Origin: Macrostomum hystrix
Lineage: Eukaryota > Animalia > Platyhelminthes
Assembly (NCBI GenBank): GCA_950097015.1
Contig: CATNEN010000003.1
Span: 9,610,001-9,674,000 of the forward strand
Direction: 5' to 3'
Length of the DNA stretch: 64,000 nucleotides
Positions 26,706 to 40,410 of this stretch are shown here, piece by piece; the stretch's first letter is position 1, and each line of letters starts with the position of its first letter. The position numbers and the translations under genes were made by a program. The notes below the pieces were generated by a model, which saw nothing but the letters and a program-made list of their open reading frames with translations, was not told the DNA's origin and did no database searches.

Positions 26706-27579
26706 ACTAGGGGAGAGAGCCAAAAACTTGGAACCACGTGCCTCCAGCGCAAGCAGCGGTACAGGCATAGGTGAAGCGACAAATAATTACCGTGAGGTAT
26801 GTTTTCGAATCGATCAAGCATAAGAATTGACACGGAAAATTAGCATTAGCTCGACTGGTTTAACTTTTGTCTCAGATCGCTAGCAAATATTTTATATCCC
26901 TCAGTCTAACTGTGATCCCATCGAAAAGCAAGGCAGTAAACGAGAAAATTGACAAATGAGAATCTGTCCTAGCAACCTCCTAGATCCCCTAATTGTCCAT
27001 CAATAAATGACAAATAAATTACCGATTTAATTCTAAGCATAGACCGGACTCCAATGCAGGTTTATAAGTCTATATGGAATGGGTTAGAAAATTGATTGAC
27101 ACTGAATGTGTCCAACTCTATATATCTCTCACACTTTCCACAGAGCATTTTTCACTTCTCCATATCAAATCGAGATCGTTTTTGCTTTTCGTCCACAGTT
27201 TTAATGTAAACGCTTCTATTTTTCTACGGTTATATAGCAAATGAACTATTTGGGAGAAATTTTGTGGACTAGGATAAGAGATTGCGTGGAGGGCATACAC
27301 TCCAGGGATTTCTATATCAGTTGCAACCAGTCAAATAAAATGAGTTAACGAGATACGAAATTAACGATTTTAATAAGTCAGAGTTAATATTTCTTGAGGA
27401 AACCTAATATTTTCCTATACTAGAATTGGAATAAGGCTTAGAAAGTGTTTTATTGCTTCTACTGTAGCTCTGAGGGATTCGTGGAGAAAACTGAAATTCG
27501 AGTCAAACATCGATTTCATTCTTCTGTAGAAAAAAAGTAAAGCAAATATTATAGAGATGAGACAGTGGAGGAGACTAAA

Positions 27580-28322
27580 TAGAGAGGAGAGAGGAGAGAG
27601 GAGAGAGTGAAGTAGAGAGGAGATAGTGGAGTAGAGAGGAGAGAGTGGAGTAGTGAGGAGAGAGTGGAGTAGAGAGGAGAGAGTGGAGTAGAGAGGAAAG
27701 AGTGGAGTAGAGAGGAGATAGTGGAGTAGCGAGGAGATAGTGGAGTAGAGAGGAGATAGTGGAGTAGAGAGGAGATAGTGGAGTAGAGAGGAGATAGTGG
27801 AGTAGAGAGGAGAGAGTGGAGTAGCGAGGAGAGAGTGGTGTAGAGAGGAGAGAGTGGAGTAGCGAGGAGAGAGTGGAGTAGAGAGGAGAGAGTGGAGTAG
27901 CGAGGAGAGAGTGGAGTAGAGAGGAGAGAGTGGAGTAGCGAGGAGAGAGTGGAGTAGAGAGGAGAGAGTGGAGTAGAGAGGAGAGAGTGGAGTAGAGAGG
28001 AGAGAGTGGAGTAGAGAGGAGAGAGTGGAGTAGCGAGGAGATAGTGGAGTAGAGAGGAGAGAGTGGAGTAGCGAGGAGATAGTCGAGTAGAGAGGAGAGA
28101 GTGGAGTAGAGAGGAGATAGTGGAGTAGCGAGGAGAGAGTGGAGTAGAGAGGAGAGAGTCGAGTAGAGAGGAGAGAGTGGAGTAGAGAGGAGAGAGTGGA
28201 GTAGAGAGGAAAGAGTGGAGTAGAGAGGAGAGAGTGGAGTAGAGAGGAGAGAGTGGAGTAGAGAGGAAAGAGTGGAGTAGAGAGGAGATAGTGGAGTAGC
28301 GAGGAGAGAGTCGAGTAGAGAG
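27580..28322. repeat. 19-bp purine-rich minisatellite (AGAGTGGAGTAGAGAGGAG)
   Basis: GTGGAGTA recurs every 19 nt. Confidence 0.95.
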
Positions 28323-28859
28323 AGTGATAGGATGGCTAGAGGAGATTGGATGGCTAGAACATCAATTAACTGCAGTTAAAAGTTCTAGCTACAACTGCAA
28401 GTTGTATCCACTAGACTTAAGTCGGTGAATTTCACAAATTTATCACAAATTAATAGGCAGAAGTGTCACTAGACTATTTGGATAACCGTCGTACAAATAA
28501 ACTAGAATTTTCACTAATTTAGAAAATCGCGAGCAAATTTTCATAGCACTGTGCATTCTTTAAGATACATTTCGATTGGCACCTTTCAGTTACGTTGTAC
28601 TTGCAAGCATGGTGTAAACAGAGTTTTCTACTTTTAAGAAAGATTGAAAAAATTATGACAGGCCAGCAAAGAAGCAGAGATTTTTTGAAGACAGGTAAAA
28701 AATATCGTTTCTTCGATCTAGCAAGTGCAAAGTTGCTGGCATTCAAGGGTTTCACAGTTGCCGTGCCCACAAAATAACTGTGCCATTGTCTGATTGTTCA
28801 ACATATAAACATGGGCAAATGCCTGACTTCTGGTTCCCTTATACAAACACATGCACGAA

Positions 28860-29110
28860 GATTGGTTCCACATCTATCAGATTGGTTCCACATCTATCAG
28901 ATTGGTTCCACATCTATCAGATTGGTTCCACATCTAACAGTTTGGTTCCATATCTAACAGTTTGGTTCCACATCTATCAGATTGGTTCCACATCTATCAG
29001 TTTGGTTCCACATCTATCAGATTGGTTCCACATCTAACAGTTTGGTTCCACATCTAACAGTTTGGTTCCATATCTAACAGTTTGGTTCCACATCTATCAG
29101 ATTGGTTCCA
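28860..29110. repeat. 20-bp minisatellite (ATTGGTTCCACATCTATCAG)
   Basis: direct tandem repetition. Confidence 0.95.
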
Positions 29111-29114
29111 GCCG

Positions 29115-29325
29115 TGTTTCCGGTTTGAGATTTTAAGGTTTCCGGTTTGGTATTTTCAGGTTTCCGGTTTGGGATTTCAGGTTTCCGGTTTGGGATTTTC
29201 AGGTTTCCGGTTTGGGATTTTCAGGTTTCCGGTTTGGGATTTTCAGGTTTCCGGTTTGGTATTTTCAGGTTTCCGGTTTGGGATTTTCAGGTTTCCGGTT
29301 TGGGATATTCAGGTTTGCGGTTCGG
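29115..29325. repeat. 22-bp minisatellite (TTTTCAGGTTTCCGGTTTGGGA), abutting the 20-bp array
   Basis: direct tandem repetition. Confidence 0.95.
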
Positions 29326-29949
29326 GATCTCTATCTCAGAAATGGCACTGAATCCTTGTGCGTTTCCATGTGATTTAAAAATAATTTTTTGGTTATTATT
29401 TTAGAAAAAAGTTTTAAAATACTTTTTTAGGAATGTCCAACTCTCACTGAACTATTACTTTGTTAATCTTGGTACTGATTCTCCATCAGTGCTGGCCAAG
29501 ATAAAAGTCGACCCCATTGCAGGAGGGGGGCAGAATGCCCACATTCCTTCACCGGTGCCACAGAAAGAGCGCCAAAGACAATATTCGCAATGCTTTATCA
29601 CTGTCACGCCAAAGTGACCCCGCCGCGACCCACTCATCAATTTTCTTGTTTTTTCAACGTGTCTTATCTGTTCCAAGCTCTTTATTTATTAGTAACATAC
29701 CTGGCGCCCATTACAGCAATTTACTTTGCTGCTGTGGCAACATACGTTGACACTAATCTTCATAACTAGAATTTTCATTCTTTGAAGGCCTAGCCAAGAT
29801 GGAATTTAGGATTGCTATGAACCGTTGGGTCATTGCAGTGCATTTAGTCATATAACTGCTTCTAAAAATAGGAATTGGCATCCACCATTTTTAATTAGGA
29901 TTCTTACCTTACCGTTAAGATGAGGGTGCACTCTACACAAATTGTCTTT

Positions 29950-30720
29950 TTGGAATGAGGTTGCAGTAGACACCTTATCTCTGGAATGAGGGTGCAGTAG
30001 ACACCTTATCTTTGGAATGAGGTTGCAGTAGACACCTTATCTCTGGAATGAGGGTGCAGTAGACACCTTATCTCTGGAATGAGGGTGCAGTAGACACCTT
30101 ATCTCTGGAATGAGGGTGCAGTAGACACCTTATCTTTGGAATGAGGGTGCAGTAGACACCTTATCTCTGGAATGAGGGTGCAGTAGACACATTATCTCTG
30201 GAATGAGGGTGCAGTAAACACCTTATCTTTGGAATGAGGGTGCAGTAGACACATTATCTCTGGAATGAGGGTGCAGTAGACACATTATCTCTGGAATGAG
30301 GGTGCAGTAGACACCTTATCTCTGGAATGAGGGTGCAGTAAGCACCTGATCTTTGGAATGAGGGTGCAGTAGACACATTATCTCTGGAATGAGGGTGCAG
30401 TAAACACCTTATCTCTGGAATGAGGGTGCAGTAAACACCTTATCTCTGGAATGAGGGTGCAGTAGACACCTTATCTTTGGAATGAGGTTGCAGTAAACAC
30501 CTTATCTCTGGAATGAGGTTGCAGTAAACACCTTATCTCTGGAATGAGGGTGCAGTAAACACCTTATCTCTGGAATGAGGGTGCAGTAAACACCTTATCT
30601 CTGGAATGAGGGTTCAGTAAACACCTTCTCTCTGGAATGAGGGTGTATTAAATACCTTATCTCTGGAATGAGGTGCAGTAAACACCTTCTCTCTGGAATG
30701 AGGGTGTATTAAATACCTTA
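29950..30720. repeat. 31-bp minisatellite (GGAATGAGGGTGCAGTAGACACCTTATCTCT)
   Basis: direct tandem repetition, ~25 copies. Confidence 0.95.
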
Positions 30721-31699
30721 GGCAAGGATCCGAACAAGGGATCAAACAGCTTTATACTGTTTTTGCATCTTTAAACACAATTGGAACAAATCTCTCGTGT
30801 ACCTTATTCACGATCAATTTCAGTTCGCTCTAGGTGAGCACAAAGCTATACGATAATGCATTATACATTTTGCATAATTGAATTGACAGACATCAAAGAA
30901 AGTAGGGCTAAGCTAAGGCGATACACAGCCCAATAGGAAGGCCGTCTAGTATTGATTCGAATAGCAGTTCTCAAATGATAAGGCGGTGGATGTTTTTTTG
31001 CAGCAGAAAATTCTTTACATACGAGCCGTCGTAAGTTCATATTTCACATTTTTTCAGCCTCGGCATTTACATAAAAGCGTGAGATTCGGGTATAGTTATA
31101 TTGAGCATTAATTCTGCTAGATTTTCTTTCTTTTCTAGCCAAGCAGCAATCTCTCTATAGTATGACTACAATCGACCAGGGCCCCAGGGGGGGAGAGGCG
31201 ATGAGAGTTGAAGAGTTGTGAGTACATGTGGAAGCAAGGGTCTCAAGTGTGGAATCGAACAAGCTAAGGGGGGGGGTGCTCAGGTCTGGAAAGATTTGGA
31301 TGGGGTGTGAAAAGCGTATTTAAGCGGAACATGTTTGAGATTTGAGCACGCCGCGCGTTTTAGGTGGATGAGGTGGGTGCCAGACTCAGTGGGGATTTAA
31401 AAAAACAAAAGTGATTTAGGTATCGAATCCTATGACTGAGGGCTGCCGAGATTCTGCGATAAAAATTACCACCACGATGTCAGCACGGCTTAAAATGTAT
31501 AAGCAACGGTTTTTTTCAATTTACGAAGTCAACCATTGCTGAAAAAGTAACCGTAATTACTAACGATTATTTGATTAAAATGCGGTGGCATGAAGTACAT
31601 AAAACTATTGACTTATTCATAATTGAATCTGCAGAAATATGGGTGAAAATTCTCTAACCGTATATAGGGACGTTTAGCTGTGAGTGGCATTCAATAGAC

Positions 31700-32560
31700 T
31701 CGAGAGCGACGGGTCTCTAGCCTCGAGACTAACGGGTTTCTAGCCTCGAGACTGACGGGTCTTTAGCCTCGAGAGTGACGGGTCTGTAACTTAGAGAGTG
31801 ACGGGTCTCTAGCATCGAGAGTGACGGGTCTCTAGCATCGAGAGTGACGGGTCTCTAGCATCGAGAGTGACGGGTCTCTAGCATCGAGAGTGACGGGTCT
31901 ATAGCCTCGAGAGTGACGGGTCTGTAACTTAGATAGTGATGGGTCTCTAGCCTCGAGAGTGACGGGTCTCTAGCCTCGAGACTGACGGGTCTTTAGCCTC
32001 GAGAGTGACGGGTTTCTTACATAGAGAGTGACGGGTCTCTAGCCTCGAGACTGACGGGTCTTTAGCCTCGAGAGTGACGGGTCTCTAGCCTCGAGAGTGA
32101 CGGGTTCCTAGCCTCGAGAGTGACGGGTCTCTAGCCTCGAGATTGACGGGTCTCTAGCCTCGAGAGTGAGGGGTCTCTAGCCTCGAGATTGACGGGTCTC
32201 TAGCCTCGAGATTGACGGGTCTCTAGCCTCGAGAGTGACGGGTCTCTAGCCTCGAGAGTGACGGGTCTCTAGCCTCGAGAGTGACGGGTCTCTAGCCTCG
32301 AGAGTGACGGGTCTCTAGCCTCGAGAGTGACGGGTCTCTAGCCTCGAGAGTGACGGGTCTCTAGCCTCGAGAGTGACGGGTCTCTAGCCTCGAGAGTGAC
32401 GGGTCTCTAGCCTCGAGAGTGACGGGTCTCTAGCCTCGAGAGTGACGGGTCTCTAGCCTCGAGAGTGACGGGTCTCTAGCCTCGAGAGTGACGGGTCTCT
32501 AGCCTCGAGAGTGACGGGTCTCTAGCCTCGAGAGTGACGGGTCTGTAACCTTGAGAGTAA
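31700..32560. repeat. 23-bp minisatellite (GAGAGTGACGGGTCTCTAGCCTC)
   Basis: direct tandem repetition; 3' half homogeneous. Confidence 0.95.
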
Positions 32561-33309
32561 CACTTTTTTAACTACGAATGCAGTTTGTAAGTCTGCAATA
32601 TCTTGATAAGCTGTCTTCCGCGGCTCTAAATCTGTATACAATCATTGAAGCTTAAAATTAGAATATGTTAACCAAATAAAGATTTCCTGTTGCAACCTAG
32701 AAGCAGATCTCGCATTGGATTAGCATCGGATTACAGAAAAACGCAGTTTACAACTCATCAATTGTTATCAATTCATTTAGTCGGTTGAGCAAACATCTGT
32801 ACAAACAATTCTTGTTGTGCGTGTGTGACAATCGATCAGGTGTAGATTATAGTCAGTGGACCCGAACTGATCAATGCTTTATTCTAGGAGTCTAAGAACG
32901 TCCTGTTCCGCTTAGCTGCCAGCTGCCAGATTACACTGCGGATAAACTGGAGGTAACACGACGAGAGAAGATTTCCGTAAATGCCGACAAGATTGTGCGA
33001 GAATTGGCTTCACTGGGGGAGAATTATTGCGGACTAGCAAGAGTGTGTGGTTGTCTCCAGCAGCTAATTGATGCTAATTAAGCAGAATCTTTGCAGTTCT
33101 AACTTCGACACCCAAAGTTATTTTATTTGAGAGTCATATAGTCAGGCGACTGGAACTATATGGATTCGGGGCAGCGAATTTTGTCATAAAATGCACTTGC
33201 TTTGCACCGCACATCCGGGACTTCCCTAGAAAAGATAATAAACTCTGGACGCAGAGACTTAAAGCACATAAAGTTGGGCAATTAGGACAGTCTGATTCTG
33301 AGTAATAAA

Positions 33310-33960
33310 TTAGAAAGTGTAGCGATAGCAACCAAAACAGCTACGAACCAGCCAAGTTTCCATCATCTTGGAAATATTTTTGCGTGTTTTCTGTTCCTGT
33401 ACAGCAGCTGACTGTACGGGTCTTCTGCAACCGAGGTGGTCAACATCTCGAAGGAAACCTCGGCCAGGACCTGAACGGACAGGCGCAGGGCTTGATACTG
33501 AGGTCAATCGTGACGTCTGGCTGCCGAATGTACGCTGCCGTTGGCCGGGTGGGTGCGTCAGGTTGGTGGCCCCGGAGACTGGAAACATGCTCGCCTCTGC
33601 TCCGGCGTCGACCAGGAAACACCGACCGGTGGCCACGTCGGTTATGAGCAAGAGATTGTTTCTGCCGGCTGTCAAGGCGTTTACTGACGGTCGGGAGCCA
33701 AACTTCTCTTGGAAAAAGCCAGACCGGACTGTCAGCCTCTCCGGGCAGGTGCTGTTGCAGCTTGGCGCAGGTTGAAACTGTCGAGCGGCGGCGACAATAA
33801 CTGGCTGGTTGCGGGTCTCCGAAATCTGCACGCTGGGCCGATGGTCCAGCATGTCGTCCATGAGTTCGGACGGGCGGCGGTCGCCAAGACCGGCCAGTTT
33901 CAGCTCAGTGTTCAGTCATCGCAAACTATCGGTATGAGAGTCGGGCTCCCCAGTGTGGCG
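33310..33960 (-). mobile_element. Degraded, internally deleted Ty3/Gypsy (CsRn1-like) fragment: gag end and protease start, PBS-like site
   Basis: NLLLITDVATGRCFLVDAGAEASMFP resembles the aspartic protease N-terminus (cf. [13 protein letters not shown] in the intact element; DTG changed to DAG); CCACA-C-TGGGGAGCCCGAC at 33958-33940 resembles an LTR end plus tRNA-Trp-type PBS. Confidence 0.6.
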
Positions 33961-34607
33961 ATCTCGGCCACGTAAATTAGCTCGTATATTTGAAAAATGA
34001 CAGCAAGCATTTAAAGCAGTGCCAAGACAAGAAATTACGAGTCAAAGCTGTTTGCTAACTTTGATCATTAAGATTGATAGACTAGATTCACAGTCAGTGA
34101 CCCAGATACTCATCCAATAGCTTTGTACATAATCTGTTCAGTCCATTCTAATAGGACATTATTCGATTCTTCATTGTCTAAAAATCAAGTGTTCTTCTTT
34201 CATAAAGACACAAATTTTATCAAATGACTGGACTCCTAATATTTGACGTCGGCATAAACTATTGAAAATCTACCCCAACCTAAATATTTTAGTGAGGGTG
34301 AGTGGGAGAATGGTTAATGCGTTTGCCTTTCGCACTAAGGTCCCTGAGCTCGAGCTCGCGGCGAGGCCACATTAATTTGGGGGCTTGTCGTGCAATTTAC
34401 GCCCTTGAGGGCCAACCTCCAAGGCACAGTGAGATTGTACACTGCCTGACGATGAGAAAGTCAGGGCAGATGTACACACCTGTGTGCATGTGTCAGAATT
34501 GCCTCCTCGCTGGCTGCGAGTCTAGTGTCACCAAATGTTGTGCCATTGCCCGCAGCCCTCCTGCAATTATCATTATTAAATAATTTAGTTTCTAATCATT
34601 TTTAAAC

Positions 34608-35951
34608 CTGTCTTCGAATATGCTCGTATTTGAAGGGCTCTCGAGGGCTGAGCAATTGAATCACTTCACTCACGCGCATAAGACCCAGCCTGGCGGGGTT
34701 CAGATCCTCAGACCAGAGCTCCGGCCACATGTAGTCAGAACTCTCCGTGTTGTACTCGGTTCTGACGCACATCGTCCGTTTGACATGCGAGCACTCGCTA
34801 GCCAGTAGGCTTTGAAACACGGCTTCGTTGGAAAATTTAGCGTGCACCCCAGCCAGGCAGCGAGCGTTGGCCAGCATGGAGGAGTTGGAATAGACGGTCA
34901 TGTTGAAGCACAGGTGTGGCGTCGAGTTGTCGAATTTAAACACAGGAAGGAACGGTGTGTAGCAACGGCAGTTCTGATAGTACTGCTTGGCTGATACGTA
35001 CAGCTTGCACAGGTTGTAGTCCAGCTTCACCCTACGAGCGGTCTGCAGGGTGGTGCCGTACATTTCTACGTAGACTTCAGTGTTTCGGCAACTTCTCTTC
35101 TCAATTAGGTGATGCGTGACCACTGCTTTGAAGTTGATGTGCTGCGAATGTCCGGGTACTATTAGTATGCCCTCACCGTTTGGCACAGTGTCCGGGTCGT
35201 GCAGGTAAATTCTGGTACCTTGATGGAAATAGGCCGAGTTAAACAGTTTGTACGAATGAAAGTCGTTCAGTATGAAGAAGAACATGGCTTCCAGTTTGTG
35301 CGTGTCATCGGCTAGCGCGGTCAGTCGCTTGATCTGGATGGTGTGGCAAGGTAGGCGGTACCGACCAAACCAGGTGGTGGAAGTGACATGCTCCGGCGCC
35401 AGGTTAAACATCTCAATGTTGTTGTCAATCTGCACATTCAGCGCGATCGCTCGTTGACCGCGATTGTAGCCGACGCGAAGAAACGACCGACGAGTGTCCG
35501 TCTCCCGCTCGGCTAAGCTCATTGTGGACAAGGCCAGGGTGAGGTTTACAAGCAGCATGTCCTCACTCGAGATGCTGCTGGAATTGATTGTCTCCCGATC
35601 GCGAAATAGTCGAAAGAATTCAAACATGACGCTTGAGTTCTGGTACACCGACGCGTTGTCGAGCTTGGCGCGCCAGTTCTTGAGCTGCTCCGGGTCGGAC
35701 AGGCTTACTGGCACCTGATTGCAGAATGTGAAGTCCGGCCAGTCCATATAGTCCGCATTACTAAAGTACGAAGTGAGCATCGGCAATGAGTAATAGTGCT
35801 GCAGAGTGAAGGAGACATTGTATACGAAGGCTAGAAGGCCGCTGATACACAGGGTGGCCCAGAAGATTTCTCCTGGTCGGCTGTGAGCATTAGCTGCGTG
35901 GGCTAGACCGTGGACTGTCGACCTTTGAAACACCTCCTTGAGCTGGTGCAT
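34608..35951 (-). CDS. DEG/ENaC sodium channel, exon 1 (N-terminus, TM1, extracellular domain); spliced product ~673 aa
   Basis: STVHG gating motif, TM1 IFWATLCISGLLAFVYNV, WPDFTFCN post-TM1 motif, Cys-rich thumb (CRC..C..C..C..C); donor CAG|GTTTAA at 34608/34607. Confidence 0.9.
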
Positions 35952-36267
35952 TGTAGGTCCTGACTAGAAGTTGTCATGCAGATACCAGTGCTTGAAAGCG
36001 ACTAACTGATGCGAAGTCTTGATGTTAGCCCTGGTGCAATAAAATCGCATCAGATAGTCATAGCAGCTATAGCTAGCTCGTCTGCCATTGGCTGAAACAG
36101 TGCGTTCAATAACCATCGATTTGCACCGGATGAATTTATGATTTGTACAGCCTTACTGGTTGCAAAATTTATATTCTCCATAAGTCCTTGCGTTTTGATT
36201 TTAACAAGAAACTTAGATCTCTAATAACAGTGGTCTCACCAGTTACCCGTCTCTGAAACTTGTCTAC

Positions 36268-38826
36268 AAGACTAACACAAGACGAACATGTTATAACACA
36301 AGACTAACCTGTCTAAAACAAGACTAACCTGTCTAACACAAGACTAACTTGTCTAACACAAGACTAACTTGTCTAACACAAGACTAACTTGTCTAACACA
36401 AGACTAACTTGTCTAACACAAGATTAACTTGTTTAACACAAGATTAACTTGTCTAACACAAGACTAACCTGTCTAACACAAGACTAACCTGTCTAACACA
36501 AGACTAAATTGTCTAACACAAGACTAAACTTGTCTAACACAAGACTAACTTGTCTAACACAAGATTAACTTGTCTAACACAAGATTAACTTGTCTAACAC
36601 AAGATTAACCTGTCTAACACAAGACTAACTTGTCTAACACAAGACTAACTTGTCTAACACAAGACTAACTTGTCTAACACAAGACTAACTTGTCTAACAC
36701 AAGACTAACTTGTCTAACACAAGATTAACTTGTCTAACACAAGATTAACTTGTCTAACACAAGATTAACCTGTCTAACACAAGACTAAATTGTCTAACAC
36801 AAGATTAACTTGTCTAACACAAGATTAACTTGTCTAACACAAGATTAACCTATCTAACACACGACTAACCTGTCTAACACAAGACTAACCTGTCTAACAC
36901 AAGACTAACTTGTCTAACACAAGACTAACCTGTCTAACACAAGACTAAATTGTATGATACAAGACTAAATTGTCTAACAAAAGACTAACTTGTCTAAAAC
37001 AAGACAAACCTGTCTAAAACAAGACTAAATTGTCTAACTCAAGACTAAATTGTCTAACACAAGACTAACTTGTCTAACTCAAGACTAAATTGTCTAACAC
37101 AAGACTAACTTGTCTAACACAAGACTAACTTGTCTAACACAAGATTAAACTTGTCTAACACAAGACTAACTTGTCTAACACAAGACTAACTTGTCTAACA
37201 CAAGATTAACTTGTTTAACACAAGATTAACTTGTCTAACACAAGATTAACCTGTCTAACACAAGACTAACCTGTCTAACACAAGACTAACCTGTCTAACA
37301 CAAGACTAAATTGTCTAACACAAGATTAACTTGTCTAACACAAGATTAACTTGTCTAACACAAGACTAAATTGTCTAACACAAGATTATCTTGTCTAACA
37401 CAAGATTAACTTGTCTAACACAAGATTAACCTATCTAACACAAGACTAACCTGTCTAACACAAGACTAACCTGTCTAACACAAGACTAACTTGTCTAACA
37501 CAAGACTAACCTGTCTAACACAAGACTAACTTGTCTAACACAAGACTAACCTGTCTAACACAAGACTAACTTGTCTAACACAAGATTAAACTTGTCTAAC
37601 ACACGACTAACTTGTCTAACACAAGACTAACTTGTCTAACACAAGACTAACTTGTCTAACACAAGATTAAACTTGTCTAACACAAGACTAAATTGTCTAA
37701 CACAAGACTAACTTGTCTAACACAAGATTAAACTTGTCTAACACAAGACTAACCTGTCTAACACAAGATTAGCTTGTCTGACACAAGACGACCTGTCTAA
37801 AACCTGTCTAAAGCCTGTCTAAAACCTGTCTAAAGCCTAAAACCTGTCTAAGACCTGTCTAAAACAAGACTAAATTGTCTACACAAGACTAACTTGTCTA
37901 ACACAAGACTAACTTGTCTAAAACAAGACTAAATTGTCTAACACAAGACTAACTTGTCTAACACAAGACTAAATTGTCTAACACAAGACTAACTTGTCTA
38001 ACACAAGATTAAACTTGTCTAACACAAGACTAACCTGTCTAACACAAGACTAACTTGTCTAACACAAGACTAACCTGTCTTACACAAGATTAACTTGTCT
38101 AACACAAGATTAAACTTGTCTAACACACGACTAACTTGTCTAACACAAGACTAACTTGTCTAACACAAGACTAACCTGTCTAACACAAGACTAACTTGTC
38201 TAACACAAGACTAACTTGTCTAACACAAGACTAAACTTGTCTAACACAAGACTAACTTGTCTAACACAAGACTAACTTGTCTAACACAAGACTAACTTGT
38301 CTAACACAAGACTAACTTGTCTAACACAAGACTAAACTTGTCTAACACAAGACTAACTTGTCTAACACAAGACTAACTTGTCTAACACAAGACTAAATTG
38401 TCTAACACAAGACTAACTTGTCTAACACAAGACTAAATTGTCTAACACAAGACTAACTTGTCTAACACAAGATTAAACTTGTCTAACACAAGACTAACCT
38501 GTCTAACACAAGACTAACTTGTCTAACACAAGACTAACCTGTCTTACACAAGATTAACTTGTCTAACACAAGATTAAACTTGTCTAACACACGACTAACT
38601 TGTCTAACACAAGACTAACTTGTCTAACACAAGACTAACCTGTCTAACACAAGACTAACTTGTCTAACACAAGACTAACTTGTCTAACACAAGACTAAAC
38701 TTGTCTAACACAAGACTAACTTGTCTAACACAAGACTAACTTGTCTAACACAAGACTAACTTGTCTAACACAAGACTAACTTGTCTAACACAAGACTAAC
38801 TTGTCTAACACAAGACTAACCTGTCC
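36268..38826. repeat. 20-bp minisatellite (TTGTCTAACACAAGACTAAC), ~2.5 kb, starting ~320 bp upstream of the ENaC start
   Basis: direct tandem repetition. Confidence 0.97.
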
Positions 38827-39269
38827 AACGTCGAAAATATATCGACAAGAAAACACGTTGTGCCGTTTGTGCTACTGAACTGCAAGCAAGTAGTATATTT
38901 CGCACTGTCAGTGTTTAATTAATCCGATGTTTTCCTTGTAAGTGAAAGTGAAATGCGAATTATTAGATTCCAAATGATATAAATTTTTTATTCAATTACT
39001 GAATAGCTCAGTCAGTCCTGAAGTGGATTGGGTTCTGTGCTAGTGACAATATCAAGAACTAGTGACGCTTTAACGAGTATTGGCTTCAGTCCTGTGCTGT
39101 AGCTTTTTATTGCCTTGATACATTCGTCTTTCGATTTGAACTTTGACCTCTTTCGATAGAAGCCGAATTGAGTAAGTTTTGCACATAATACAGTTCTATA
39201 ATTTATCTTTTATTATAGCTTTGAATGCGATTAATAGAAACGCAAAACTGACAAGTTCCACTGGTTTAG

Positions 39270-40025
39270 TTCTCTACTCACTCCCTTCTCTCTTCACTCA
39301 TCTCCTCTCTTTAATCCTCTACTATCTCCTCTCCTCTCTTATCTCCTCTCCTCTCTCCTCTCATCTTCTCTTTCCTCTTCTCTCTACTCACCTCTCTCAT
39401 TTTCTCTCAACTCTCTCCTCTCTCCTTTGTTTTCTCTCTCCTCTTCTCTCTCCTCTCTCCTCTCCTCTTTCCTCTCCTCTCCTATCTCCCCTCCTGTATT
39501 ATCACCTCTCCTCTCCTCTTTCCTCTCCTCTCCTATCTCCCCTCCTGTACTATCTCCTCTCCTCTCCTCTTTCCTCTCCTCTCCTATCTCCCCTCCTGTA
39601 CTATCACCTCTCCTCTCCTCTTTCCTCTCCTCTCCTATCTCCCCTCCTGTACTATCTCCTCTCCTCTCCTCTTTCCTCTCCTCTCCTATCTCCCCTCCTG
39701 TACTATCTCCCCTCCTCTCCTCTTTCCTCTCCTCTCCTATCTCCCCTCCTGTACTATCTCCTCTCCTCTCCTCTTTCCTCTCCTCTCCTATCTCCCCTCC
39801 TGTACTATCTCCCCTCCTCTCCTCTTTCCTCTCCTCTCCTATCTCCCCTCCTGTACTATCACCTCTCCTCTCTAATCTTTTCTCTCCTCTCCACTCCCCT
39901 CTCCTCTCTCCTCTTCCTTCTTCTTTCCTCTTCCTTCTCCTCTCTCCTCTTCCCTCTCCTCTCTCATCTTATCTCTCCTCTCCTCTCATCTTCTCCTAAC
40001 TCTCTCCTCCCCCTCCTCTCTCTCA
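39270..40025. repeat. CT-rich low-complexity region with a 51-bp tandem core
   Basis: 17-codon periodicity in ORFs 39179 and 39427 (SPLSSPLLSPLLYYLLS). Confidence 0.9.
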
Positions 40026-40410
40026 CTTGTTCACTTGTCTATCTGCAGTTATCACTTTCCCGTTACACAATACGAATTCTCAGTCCTAATGACAATTCAA
40101 AGCTTCAGGCAACGCCAACTATAATGGATGACAGGCCTCACACAATGGCGTGAGAAAAAAATCATTTGAAATGTGAGCTTTTTTAAGTCAATAGGTATAG
40201 AACAGAAGGGCAAAAGACAAAAAAACGATGACTTGGCTACTATTCTTGCTTTCATGAGTCTTGTATCCCAGTAAACAAAACTAGTTGCTAGACAATTTTG
40301 ACAATGAATGTAGATATTAATAGCGCACAAAATACATGCGGGACCTTTGTTATTTCATGGAATAGCTGTCTCACCCGCCAGTAACAATCCAAGAGTTATT
40401 GTTGCTCTTG

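Noticed and set aside
22371-26833. Long ORFs of 1465, 712 and 409 aa and others in this interval
   Set aside because: Translations of the 30-bp minisatellite; several frames and both strands are open only because the unit lacks stops; they lie inside the ENaC intron.
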